Part shown: positions 55,201-64,000 of the stretch, in pieces
Numbering within the stretch: the stretch's first letter is position 1
Layout: each line of letters starts with the position of its first letter
Origin: Nageia nagi
Taxonomy: Eukaryota; Plantae; Pinophyta
NCBI GenBank assembly: GCA_050084985.1
Contig: JBITNC010000001.1
Coordinates: 106,392,001 to 106,456,000, forward strand
DNA: 64,000 bases
Direction: 5' to 3'
Position numbers and translations under genes: made by a program
The notes under the pieces: generated by a model
What the model saw: the letters and a program-made list of their open reading frames with translations, nothing else
The model's database searches: none
Told to the model about the DNA's origin: nothing

Positions 55201-58200
55201 GAACAGGGAGATGAGCGCCTAGGAGAGTGAGCGACGAGGGGTTTCAAATCCTTCATCCCAATCCTGTGAGGGCAAAAGAGAAGGGAGGAGCTATGCATGG
55301 AAATGGAGGATGCGTGAGGTGAGTGGGGAAAAACGTAGGCCAAAGACACGAGCTAGGTGGAGGGCGAGATTCTAGGTAGGCGAAGGGCAAGTTTCCATAG
55401 AGGACGAGTGGATTGGAAAAGTATGAAACAACATAGCCACAAACGATGGAAGGGGTGAAGATCGAGCGAAGGAATCCTATAGGGCACCCACAGCTTCCCT
55501 GAAGACGTCAAAAAAAAAAAAACCAAAAAAAAGATAGCACCATTGCCATATAGAGTCATCCCCTCCTTCCCCTTTTTAAAAAAAAAATGTAAAAGCACTA
55601 CCACCTTCCTTTTTGGTAAAAAAAAAAAACAAGAAAGAGAGAAATATTATGTGTTTTGAAATCTAGAATTAAAATATAAATTTTTGTACATGCCTTTCTC
55701 CTTTAAAAAGAATACATGTATATTTTTGTAAAAAAATGTAACCTCGTTTTTTTAAAGCTAAAAAAATAGCCTTATAAGGTGCAAAAAAATTTCTTCCACA
55801 AAAGATATAGTATCTATATATAAATGCAATTTTTGTGTACTATCCTCTTAAATAGAGAATATAAGAGATTAGTATAAAATTGCATTTTATTGTTATTGTT
55901 GATCATATTTTGCGAAGAAAAGAAACTAACACATCTCACAAACTATGTTAGTATCCTAATGAAATAATAAAAAAATAACTAAGAAAGGAATTTATACCTT
56001 CTCTTAGTTTTACCTCAACAATGAAGAGTAGTGAGAGGAATGAACATCACCAAGATTTTGAAGAAGAGCTTCCACACCAAGCTCTGATACCAAATGAGAG
56101 AGTAGAACTATAAACTAAACAACTCTAAACTCCCAAGATCAAATGAAAGCTCAAAAACACATCTAAATAACTCATAAAGCAATCTCACAACATAAAACAA
56201 GATGTAAATGGTTCCTCCAACTAGGAGTACATCCACTAACTAGATCTCACTTCATTCACAATATGAACTCTTAGAATCTTTCTAAACTAATCTCCTAAAC
56301 ACTATCCTATAACATAGCTTTACTCCACAAATTGGTGTAATAACAAAGAGAGAGCCTTCTATTAATAGGCCAAATTCCCTCTTTGGATCACCCTTTTACC
56401 CAGTGTACAAAGGCATGACATGCACTCCCTTTTACCCAAAGGGCATGCTCATGACATGAAGTGTAGGACAAGTAACATTATTATATTCACTTAAATACTT
56501 AATGTATCAAATGATACCCTTAAGTATTAGTGAACTTACATAGAAGATTATTACAAAACCTTTACAATAATGCATTATACATTCCAACATGTTCCCATCG
56601 AATGAGGATCAAGAAAAACCACCATCTAACTTGTGATTTACGTGTTTGTCGCCTTTGCTCACTTGAGACCGAGTTTAAGGACCACTTCATTTTCCGATGC
56701 TTAGTCTACTATGAGATCTGAGGCCAATACCATTACCTCCATGGATCGTTGTCTACTTTTCTTCAATATCCTAATCAGCTATGTTTGGCTCTTTATCTTT
56801 GTGAGACCTTCCTTCTATGGAAATGTCTTCTCTCTCGTGCTTAGCAACCGATAGGAGATCACTACATTACATCTTATTTCTAAGCTTCTTCTACAGATGA
56901 GACTCGTAGACAATCACAAGACGAGCCTTCACTCCCCAGATGTTGTACCAGGAGATGCCTTCTTAACACTCAAGCTCCATTGAGGACACTCCAGATCTCA
57001 TCTTTCTTCCCTTCCAGCAATAGGGCTTCAGGAGTGATCCTTACGGATGAACGAGATCTCTCCCCAGTTAAGAGAGCACTCATGGGCTCCTCCATGGAGA
57101 GACCCGAGACAACCTTTTCTTGATCGTCCCTTTGTATATCTCTCCCTTCTTAGGGTTTGATTCTTATTGTTTGGATTTATTTGTGCTTACACTATTTTCT
57201 TTATTTTTTTTCTTACATTGGGCCCATTAGGGGTTACATTGGCTCCTAGCACATGATTGTATCCACTAGTCCCATTGATCGCTTTTGGTCATCTATGGAC
57301 ATTAACATACTTTCTTTCTTGGACTCATAAAACAATTAGTGAAGAGTGGCTCTCTTTCCTCTTACTCGAAGATCACCATGAAATGATCAAGATAGGAAAG
57401 CAAGCCAGCATTAGGCGAGAATGCGTTACTGAACTCCTCTTGTAAGGACTGATACCCCAAGGTTTCTTACGGAAGCTTGTGTCATTAATACAAGTTTGAG
57501 TCATGGGATAGAGGTAGTAACTGTTAACACACATTTTTTATAAGGATTGAGGTGTTTCTCATGCAACGTTCAAAAGTTGCTATGGATTTTATAGAAAGTA
57601 AAAATAATGAAAAGCAAAAGTTGAGAATGAGACAGATACTTGGCAAGATTTCATAGAGATTGTCATAATGCAAGCATTGTCTAAACTTTCTTCCTTTCAG
57701 ATCAATTAAGATGTCTTGTTCAATTCAATCAAACTTTGAAAACAAATGACTATTGTCCAATCATTTCAAAGAAGAGCGGAAAGCAAAGCTGATTGTTGGT
57801 ACTCTGCGAATGGGATCAAGCAATCAAAAGAACTTAGAGTGGGTCACACAAACGAATAGGTCTTGAACAAGAAGTCTAATTTGATATCATAAAATGATGG
57901 CAATTCATAATACAAAACATTTAAACATGAAAGCAATGGATTAGCAACAATTTGGGATAAGTCAAACACTTCAAAAAAATTTCCAACAAATTCTCCTAAA
58001 ACTCGTGAGTTTTCAAGGAGATGGCACGAAAACATTTGAATTACTATAAATTGCTCTAAAAGGTCAATCCACAACTGCAATTGATGACAAAAACACTTTG
58101 AATCAATTTTTAGCCACTTGTATCATGTTCATAAAAAAGTTATGCACATGTACATCAATTTGCTCCTCAATTACAAAAAAATCAATTTTCACGAAATTTG

Positions 58201-61200
58201 GCCTTTTCTTACACGTGAACATTCTAGGTAAAATTGAGACCCCCTATGTCTTATTTATAGACTTCTGGAGCTCACTTTTTGGTGTTGCTTTAATTCTAAC
58301 CTAATGAAATTGCAATGCAAACAAAATGATTGGAGAATACATTCTTTCTGTCAACCACTTGAGTGTATTTACATAAAAAATGATCCTTTTACAAAGGATC
58401 TTGTAAATTTTGAGCCGATTCTAGATCTCCACAACCATCTTTGAGTACCCTTTTCACTGAAATGTGGATTCCATCTTTGATTCGAACAATATTGGCAAGC
58501 TTTGGGCAATCTAGTGAGGATTTTTGAAAAAATGGATTTTTGGTCTAAAAATTTGGAAAATGATAGGGAGGTGAAATTTATAAAAAATTTGAATGTTTGC
58601 CGGATGGATCTTATATGGCCATGGATGGATTGGAGATGAATCTTTAAGGTGTTTGAGCTTGATTTCGAGCATTTTGAAAAAATAGGCTTTAGTGACAAAG
58701 TGTGGTGCACATGTTTTGTCAAAAAGCTCATGTTTGGTGTTCAAATGCTCAAGTTTGTTCATTTTTTATCCTTTTTGCTTGCTTCTTGGACCAAGTGATG
58801 CAAATTCCAAATGGGTATAGCCTTATGAATTTGCAAGAGATTTGAAATTTTGACCAAAACAAAGCTATTTCACCCCTAGGCGCCAACTTTGAGGCTTTGA
58901 TGGTGTCAAAGGCATGAAATCCTATGCCTAAACTCTAGGTGTGCAAAAATTTGTCATTTTTGGAAATCCTTTAGCCATTTGATATGAAATTTGGAGTCCA
59001 ATCCTCTCATGCTTTGGAGCAAAATTTGAAATTTTTGATGAAAAAAGGACCCATGCTCACCTTAGGCGCTAGGAATTAGTGTTTGATGTCACCAAAGGGG
59101 TGCAATCTTGCGCCTACCTCTACGGAGCTTCAAACTTGTTCAATTTTTAAAATCCTTTAGCCCAAAGATGTAAATTTTGGAGGGCAATCTTTCCCTAGTT
59201 TCAAGAAAATTTTCAAATTTTTTTGACAAAATGATCTTATGCCTCCCCTTAGCCGCCAACAATGGGAGCTTGATGCAACCAAAGGGGGCAAACCTATGCT
59301 TAGGCTAGGAAGGCCTCAAATTTGTTCAAGTTTGGACCTTCCAAACCCAATCTTGCATGATTTTTGATCCTCTATCAAACCCATGTTTTTTGTTTTTTCC
59401 AAATGATCATATCAAAATTTCATCACTTTTGAATGCATGCATGCTAGGCACGAAAAATATGGCTTTGATGACACCAAAGGGGTGCAATCTTGAGCCTAGC
59501 TCTTGGGGATGTAAATTTGGTCCTTTTGGGTTAGTTTTAAAGGAAAAGTTATGCATTTTTGCACTCCCCATCCTCCTTTGCATTCAAAAAAAATTCCAAA
59601 ATTTTGTGACAATGATCGATTCCTCAATCTAGGCACCAAAATTCTTGCTTAGATGACCTCAAAGCACCCTAAACTTGCGCCTAAGTTTGAGAGGCATAAT
59701 CTTTGTCAATTTTTGAATCCTAATTTTCCATTTGCCATAGTACCCATGTCTAGATTTTTGAATTTGCAAATTTGAAATTTCATGATTTTGAGAGCTCTTG
59801 GGTCTAGGCACCAAAAATCTTGGTTTGATGATGTCAAACCCCCTAAATCCTGCACCTATGTGTTTGGGACATCAATGTTGAGCTTTTTCAATAATTCCAA
59901 GCCCAAACTTGCCTCAATTTACCCCATTCACATCTTGGCATCCTTGAAATTTGCTCCAAATTCAATCCAAATATACCCATTTTGCCTTGCGCACCAATTT
60001 CTAGCCTTTGATGACATCAAAGCTTGGGAAACTATGCCTAGTTGGGAGAGGTAGTAAACTTGATTGAATCCCAAAATTTCCAAGCCTAAACTTGTATGAA
60101 ACTGGGTCCTCTACTGGCTTGTGTCTTCTAATTCCAACTCTGGAAAACTCTGAAAAAACGACCCCATCTCTATTGGTCTTATTCAAGACCCAAAAATCTT
60201 GAAATCATTGAATCCTAGCTCCTTGGCTTCAAAATGGTGACTAGATGTTATGATAATTTGCAGAGTCTTTGACAAGTAATCTTTGTGAATCACTCCCTAA
60301 TATCATCTTTAAACTATTCTGAACCACCTATTAGTTGCTTAAAGCCAATTTCAAGGCAATGCAACTCATTGCCTTTGCAAAAATAGGGTCCCCAAAATCT
60401 TGTATTTTGGGATGTGTTGTGCGTGCACAACAAAATCCACTTCCACATAAAAATGGATCACAAAATGGATGATCATTCTCCTCCATAAGGTCCCCTTTTA
60501 TAAGGTTACAAGGGGCTATGTTTGAAGATTTTATGGTTATTTGGTTATAACCATTTGCCCATTTTAAAAGCTTCATTCTTATCTCAATTAAATATCTCCT
60601 TATTTAATTTTGGGCTTGTAGTTTTGTTTTTTTTATTTTATATTTAGGTGTTTAATATAAGTAATATATATTATTAGCTAAATACACTTTTGTTTATTAT
60701 AACAACTAAAAAATCTAACAGTATACCACACAAGGCTTAAAATAATACCAAAAAAACCCATGATAGGGCAGATGGTATAAGAAACTACCAACTAGAGGGT
60801 TGACCGTTCAATGGTCTAATGGGACACCCACCTAACAACTTGTGTGACCCATAGCTTCACTAACCTGTACATCCACCTGGCACCAAGTTCCATGCATCTT
60901 CTACTACCATTTGACTTGACTATCATTATGTGCAATGGAATTAACTGTATGAGTCGCCACCATGTCCACTAACATCACCTCGTGTTCATTGAACTTTGCC
61001 AACATCATATGCTTCATCATTAAGGAAGACTTCCACATGCCCTATCAAAACCCATGTGTCGATGAGGCCGCTAACTTGGCCACCAACATGTCTCATCGAG
61101 TTTCACCACATGGTGGTGACAAAACATAATTTTATTTACCCTTTAATTTATTTCATTCCTCCCAAACTTTGGAGCTTCATAACTTTTGATCCCATACTCC

Positions 61201-62478
61201 AAATAGAGAGGTGAGAGAGAGTTCTTTCTACTGAAGTAACAAAATTTCAAATTTTCAATGATCCATTTTTGAATCATTGTCACTATTCTCGTATCTACAA
61301 TTTGGCAAAATGATACAAAGCTCCTCAATGTAGGACACATGAAACCTTGTTCAAGCCTATTTGTTGCCCTTGTGGTATTAGTGAAAAATAAAGATGAGAC
61401 TCTATGTGTATGCACAGATTATCATGAACTGTATGTACAAAAGGACCATAAAATATCACTGGCCCCCATCCTTCAAGCAGAGAATTGTTAGGTGAGATAC
61501 ATGGAGTTGCAATTTTGTCTAAAATAGACAGGCATTCAAGGAATCATCAACAAATATCAATGCTTACTCTCCCAAAGAGACCTAAATGAACAAGAAGCAA
61601 AGTCGATGCATAAATTATTTGTGTCAAGGAACCTTCTAACGTTGCAGCTGATGCATCATCAGAAAACCATAACTCACTACTATAATCCCAATAGAAATAG
61701 ATGAGATGAACACATGACTTGTTCATTCTCCAAATTTTGGAAATATACTTGATTTATTAGTAGGTCAAACATAAATACACATATATAATATTTCCATAAA
61801 TAACATATAAATGCAATTACTTCATTGCATAAAAAGTAAAAAATCCATTCAGAAAAGCACTTATATAATTATTCACTAACATATCACAAATTTTCATAAA
61901 TGGTATAAGGAAAGGCATCTCATTGGCTCACCATAGTGCCTGCCAAATGCAAGGGTAACTGAACAATCCTGGATAAGCTCTCTACCTCCAACAGATATAC
62001 TGATGTTCTGCAGGTTAATATCCCTAGGAGCTGATCCCTCATCCCCATTGCGATGATGAACACAAGCAACTGGCATACCTGCAATTGTCTCTTTCATCTC
62101 TGCTAAATGTGACTGGTATGCAGCCTGTTTAGAATCACACAAAATGTGTGATACATATGCATGCATAATTTAGGAAACAGCCATAATAACAATGCATTGG
62201 AGAAAGAAAACCTTAAAGCTGTAGCAAAGAAAACTATAAGTCAGAGCCATAATCTTGCATACCTCTCTTTGGCGTTCTTCCTTCCGCTGCCTTCGTTCTA
62301 ATTTAGCACGATCACGTTCAGACATAAGAGGACCATCCTGTGTATCAACTGGCTTAGGAGGAGGTTCATCTTGGGCCAGTCCATCATACATTCGAACTGG
62401 AGTTGTAAGACTTCGAACGACTTGCTTAGTTTCTTTCTGTGTGTGTCTTCCAATTCTTTCTTTCAACTTGCCACATAC
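25103..62478 (-). CDS. ABCF3: ABC transporter F family member 3 (GCN20-like), 17 coding exons in window, 5'-incomplete (first exon beyond 64000)
   Basis: Spliced exons give 640 aa with two NBDs: Walker A GRNGTGKT and GPNGIGKST, signatures FSGGWRMR and LSGGQKSR, Walker [13 protein letters not shown] and [12 protein letters not shown], and the ABCF linker [18 protein letters not shown]. Colinear with Arabidopsis ABCF3 as recalled. All junctions GT-AG and in phase. Confidence 0.97.
25320..25382 (-). CDS. ABCF3: ABCF3 exon: [21 protein letters not shown]
   Basis: 63 nt, GT-AG. Confidence 0.96.
25519..25604 (-). CDS. ABCF3: ABCF3 exon: [29 protein letters not shown]
   Basis: 86 nt, phase 1/0. 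Confidence 0.96.
25725..25812 (-). CDS. ABCF3: ABCF3 exon: [29 protein letters not shown]
   Basis: 88 nt, AAG acceptor, ends phase 1. Confidence 0.94.
26822..30810 (-). mobile_element. Truncated, internally deleted Ty1/copia (SIRE-like gag-protease) in the 7.6-kb intron
   Basis: gag [23 protein letters not shown] and [15 protein letters not shown], zinc knuckle CFNCGSVGY...C (~30130-30170), protease [14 protein letters not shown]; LTR-like 26822-27689 with GGTGAATCAGT and GGAAAAACCAC motifs, ending ACAACA. Confidence 0.82.
31113..31554 (+). mobile_element. tRNA-derived SINE, two tandem copies (period 215 bp)
   Basis: Box A TGGCTTGGTGG at 31126 and 31341; box B GGTTCAAATCC at 31169 (degenerate at 31384); A-rich tail 31543-31554. 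Confidence 0.72.
33433..33519 (-). CDS. ABCF3: ABCF3 exon: [29 protein letters not shown]
   Basis: 87 nt, GT-AG. Confidence 0.96.
33770..34297. repeat. Old diverged tandem duplication (~280-bp period)
   Basis: TTTGGCATACTAGTTTG, TAATTACTGATA and CATTTTCAACAAC each recur about 280 bp apart. Confidence 0.75.
34526..34620 (-). CDS. ABCF3: ABCF3 exon: (M)[31 protein letters not shown] (Walker A of NBD2)
   Basis: 95 nt, phase 1/0. Confidence 0.96.
36093..36175 (-). CDS. ABCF3: ABCF3 exon: [27 protein letters not shown]
   Basis: 83 nt, phase 2/1. Confidence 0.95.
37042..37101 (-). CDS. ABCF3: ABCF3 exon: [19 protein letters not shown](S)
   Basis: 60 nt, phase 2/2. Confidence 0.95.
37209..37255 (-). 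CDS. ABCF3: ABCF3 exon: [15 protein letters not shown](D)
   Basis: 47 nt, ends phase 2. Confidence 0.94.
37411..37473 (-). CDS. ABCF3: ABCF3 exon: [21 protein letters not shown]
   Basis: 63 nt, ABCF inter-NBD linker. Confidence 0.96.
37595..37741 (-). CDS. ABCF3: ABCF3 exon: VVTDILFLH...RTRAHMQ
   Basis: 147 nt, GT-AG. Confidence 0.96.
37896..37997 (-). CDS. ABCF3: ABCF3 exon: [34 protein letters not shown]
   Basis: 102 nt, GT-AG. Confidence 0.96.
38131..38259 (-). CDS. ABCF3: ABCF3 exon: GLSFTQEMQ...[28 protein letters not shown]
   Basis: 129 nt; signature motif and Walker B. Confidence 0.96.
39680..39915 (+). mobile_element. Probable L1-type LINE ORF1 C-terminal fragment
   Basis: Basic [25 protein letters not shown] segment resembles ends of plant L1 ORF1 (recalled pattern, unverified). 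Confidence 0.35.
40240..40371 (-). CDS. ABCF3: ABCF3 exon: KEVEKDKG...[26 protein letters not shown]
   Basis: 132 nt, CAG/GTAAG boundaries; not in the ORF track, translated manually. Confidence 0.93.
40536..40744 (-). CDS. ABCF3: ABCF3 exon: [12 protein letters not shown]...EARLVAQQ (Walker A of NBD1)
   Basis: 209 nt; starts phase 1, matching the upstream exon across the 21.2-kb intron. Confidence 0.96.
41359..41628. repeat. Perfect 135-bp tandem duplication
   Basis: 41359-41493 = 41494-41628, with CAGA microhomology at the junction. Confidence 0.95.
41640..41930 (+). mobile_element. Ty1/copia gag fragment
   Basis: IENKIV*KILKS...IKESK and [15 protein letters not shown]. Confidence 0.65.
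42489..42764. repeat. Near-perfect 138-bp tandem duplication
   Basis: 42489-42626 vs 42627-42764, one G/A mismatch seen. Confidence 0.95.
43515..44504. repeat. Solo LTR with internal ~22-bp minisatellite (43855-44260)
   Basis: TGTTTG...CAAACA inverted termini; GGGGAAACC...GAAAACCC motif; repeats TTTTCCGTCCATGAATTCTCT; no matching TSD. Confidence 0.7.
44510..46330 (+). mobile_element. LINE 5' half: ORF1 plus APE endonuclease remnant
   Basis: ORF1 has a coiled coil, then [14 protein letters not shown]...[11 protein letters not shown]; endonuclease motifs [37 protein letters not shown]. Confidence 0.85.
46350..49091 (-). mobile_element. 3' half of a chromoviral Ty3/gypsy element (Galadriel-like)
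   Basis: RNase [31 protein letters not shown]; integrase [13 protein letters not shown]...CLLCQ and [12 protein letters not shown]; YDGPF motif; chromodomain EYLVA*EG...DTWE; PPT GTGGGGGAGAA at 46767-46778; LTR ~46350-46766. Confidence 0.9.
52524..52590. repeat. (TTG)n microsatellite giving an Asn-rich tract in copia gag
   Basis: GTTGTTGTTGTTGTTGTT plus degenerate flanks. Confidence 0.8.
53503..54030. repeat. 264-bp tandem duplication in the copia 5' leader
   Basis: 53503-53766 vs 53767-54030, high but imperfect identity. Confidence 0.9.
56081..56092 (-). promoter_or_regulatory. Primer-binding site (tRNA-iMet)
   Basis: GCTCTGATACCA on +, i.e. TGGTATCAGAGC 2 nt inside the LTR. Confidence 0.9.
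56095..56589 (-). repeat. copia 5' LTR
   Basis: TG...CA termini adjacent to the PBS. Confidence 0.8.
56590..57320 (+). mobile_element. LINE 3' fragment (same family)
   Basis: CSHRMRIK...[24 protein letters not shown]; 3' end GGTCATCTATGGACATTAA + (TTTC)n; directly abuts the copia LTR. Confidence 0.85.
57321..60500 (-). repeat. Large LTR-like segment containing a periodic array
   Basis: No coding motifs; TATA-like CTATAAATAA on minus at 58251-58260; termini not resolved. Confidence 0.45.
58876..60041. repeat. Seven-unit array (175-195-bp period) of dyad-symmetric ~56-bp cores
   Basis: Core CTAGGCGC-N~11-CTTTGATG(A)CATCAAAG-N~12-GCGCCTAG; dyad centres near 58903, 59089, 59276, 59471, 59656, 59831, 60014. 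Confidence 0.85.
61330..61550 (+). mobile_element. Ty3/gypsy reverse transcriptase fragment
   Basis: [33 protein letters not shown] matches RT GxIRPSxSPF..VVLVKKKDG..R.C.DYR.L. Confidence 0.8.
61932..62124 (-). CDS. ABCF3: ABCF3 exon: [10 protein letters not shown]...TLAFGRHY
   Basis: 193 nt, CAG acceptor, GTGAG donor, ends phase 1. Confidence 0.95.
62263..62478 (-). CDS. ABCF3: ABCF3 exon (first in window): [12 protein letters not shown]...KEERQRE
   Basis: AG acceptor at 62480-62479, GT donor at 62262-62261; 216 nt, phase 0/0. Confidence 0.92.
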
Positions 62479-63018
62479 CTATAAAGCAATAATTAGTCAA
62501 ATCAAATCTTGTTAGTACCCTCTCAAAAAATTAAAGACGGCAATGGCCTAATTTCATTTTAAAATAGAGCACTTGATAACATAATAAGTCTATGGAAAAC
62601 ATGAGAGCACATAAATTCCTTAAAAGATTAAAATGTTGAAGTTCAACATAGCAATTTACTATTCTAATATTCAAAATTACTTTTTAAGGTTCATAGCTTC
62701 ATATTACATTGTTATAGCAGAGAAACCAAAGTCTTGAAAATATTGCATAGACCGTCAGAAGCTCAACAAAATAGATCAGATATTCACATGCAATGGCTCA
62801 AGGTTATCATTTGTGACCATGAAACACCCATTAGAATGCTAAAAGACAGTTCGAGCTATTATTAATAATGGGGGTTACAAATGCGAAAGAAGTCAAGAAC
62901 ATTTCATAAAATTTTGAAGTAGCTTTTCACAACAAATAGCACCCAAGAAATAGTACATTTTGAAAGAAACCCACCAGCCAGAATTCCAAAGTATTGTACG
63001 TTAATGAAAAGCACTGCT

Positions 63019-63172
63019 GCCAATGGAACCTTGGTTGACTGGTTGACACATTAGAGTGTTTGGACACCCACCAAGGTTCAAATCCACGCGGCACCTTATG
63101 CTGATGCTATGTGAATTGTGTGGGTCAGATAGACACCTGGATATAATCAAGACCCCTATAACCAACCAAAAA
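63019..63172 (+). mobile_element. tRNA-derived SINE with TSD
   Basis: Box A TGGTTGACTGG 63032-63042, box B GGTTCAAATCC 63075-63085, ACCAACCAAAAAAA tail, flanking repeat AATGAAAA(GAA)GCACTGCT. Confidence 0.75.
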
Positions 63173-64000
63173 AATGAAAAGAAGCACTGCTAGCATATCA
63201 TCTCATCAAATCCCATTGAATGTTTATAAAAATATTACGAAAAAAAGGTCCCAAGAATATATTTCTCACAAAACTGCAACACAAACAACCACCCAAGAGG
63301 ATAACTCCTATGGCTATATAGTTATGAATATTAAATTGGAAAAGGAAGATATGAAGTATCATTTAATGATAAGAAATAGTGGGACTTCAACAAAAATTGA
63401 AGAGGACCTTCCACAAACCATAAGAAACCCACAAAAGTGAATTTTAAGCAATCAATATGCTAATCATTGCCGTTAACAAATATCAAAAGGTACCTAGAAA
63501 TTATTGTAGGTAAATATTTAAGGACCAAGCATCCAAGCAATTAATAAAAGAAGCCATAACTTTCAGCGAAGCACACACCCAAATAAACAGTCCAAAAAGA
63601 AAATTATAGCATAAAAGAATAGACCATAAATAGCAGACGGTCTTTCTTTTAATAATCTTCCCCATAAGTGGAGGCATGAGAAGGAAAACTAACTATATAA
63701 ATATTTCAATTATGACTGCGCGTGATCATTCTCAAGAATGGTGAGGTTCTCAAACCCATCCCTTATACTCCAAGAGTAGTATGATTGTCGCAATTGCCCA
63801 ATAATGCTCCAAGTCTTGTGCTAAGATACTATTTATTCACTTCCCAAAGCATGCTTCAAGTATAGACACAAGTGACTTCTTAAATATACTTTACCGCCTT
63901 GAATATTCTCGCTTGGTACATATGGAATAATTACTTCCTTTTTCTCAAAAAAAACATGCTAACAAAGAATACAAGTTGACTAGCAAAACTTTGTTAATTA

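Larger units (their letters stand above)
49092..56589 (-). mobile_element. Ty1/copia element with degraded complete gag-pol and no matching 3' LTR
   Basis: 5' LTR 56095-56589, PBS TGGTATCAGAGC 56081-56092, gag ATG at 53288, protease [10 protein letters not shown], integrase [23 protein letters not shown] and LLYVNDLL, RNase [10 protein letters not shown]. Confidence 0.92.

Noticed and set aside
58876-60041. CRISPR-like repeat-spacer array
   Set aside because: Eukaryotic intron context, degenerate ~56-bp repeats, ~130-bp spacers with residual mutual similarity, and no cas genes.
62479-64000. ABCF3 first coding exon or promoter
   Set aside because: No frame resembling the ABCF3 N-terminus was found; the interval appears intronic.

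Overview
AT-rich, repeat-dominated land-plant nuclear DNA; the very long, TE-filled introns and heavily decayed retroelements suggest a gymnosperm (inference). The only intact host gene is a minus-strand ABCF3/GCN20-type soluble ABC protein. Seventeen coding exons were traced by hand (62478 down to stop TAG at 25103). All introns are GT-AG with consistent phase, giving 1923 nt = 640 aa + stop. The N-terminal exon lies beyond the right edge of the window. Two introns are greatly expanded (21.2 kb and 7.6 kb) by nested copia, gypsy (Galadriel-like), LINE, SINE and solo-LTR remnants. The first ~24 kb is intergenic: a degenerate copia interrupted by a 12-kb Tat/Ogre-like gypsy element that carries an antisense plant-mobile-domain (PMD) remnant, plus gypsy, LINE and MITE fragments. 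Most notable observations: (1) a ~185-bp-period array of dyad-symmetric 56-bp cores; (2) unusually long direct repeats flanking retroelement insertions (~275 bp and ~100 bp); (3) an RTEX-like LINE family present in three pieces; (4) a LINE/gypsy/copia chimera explainable by one deletion. No new protein-coding system could be supported from the sequence alone.
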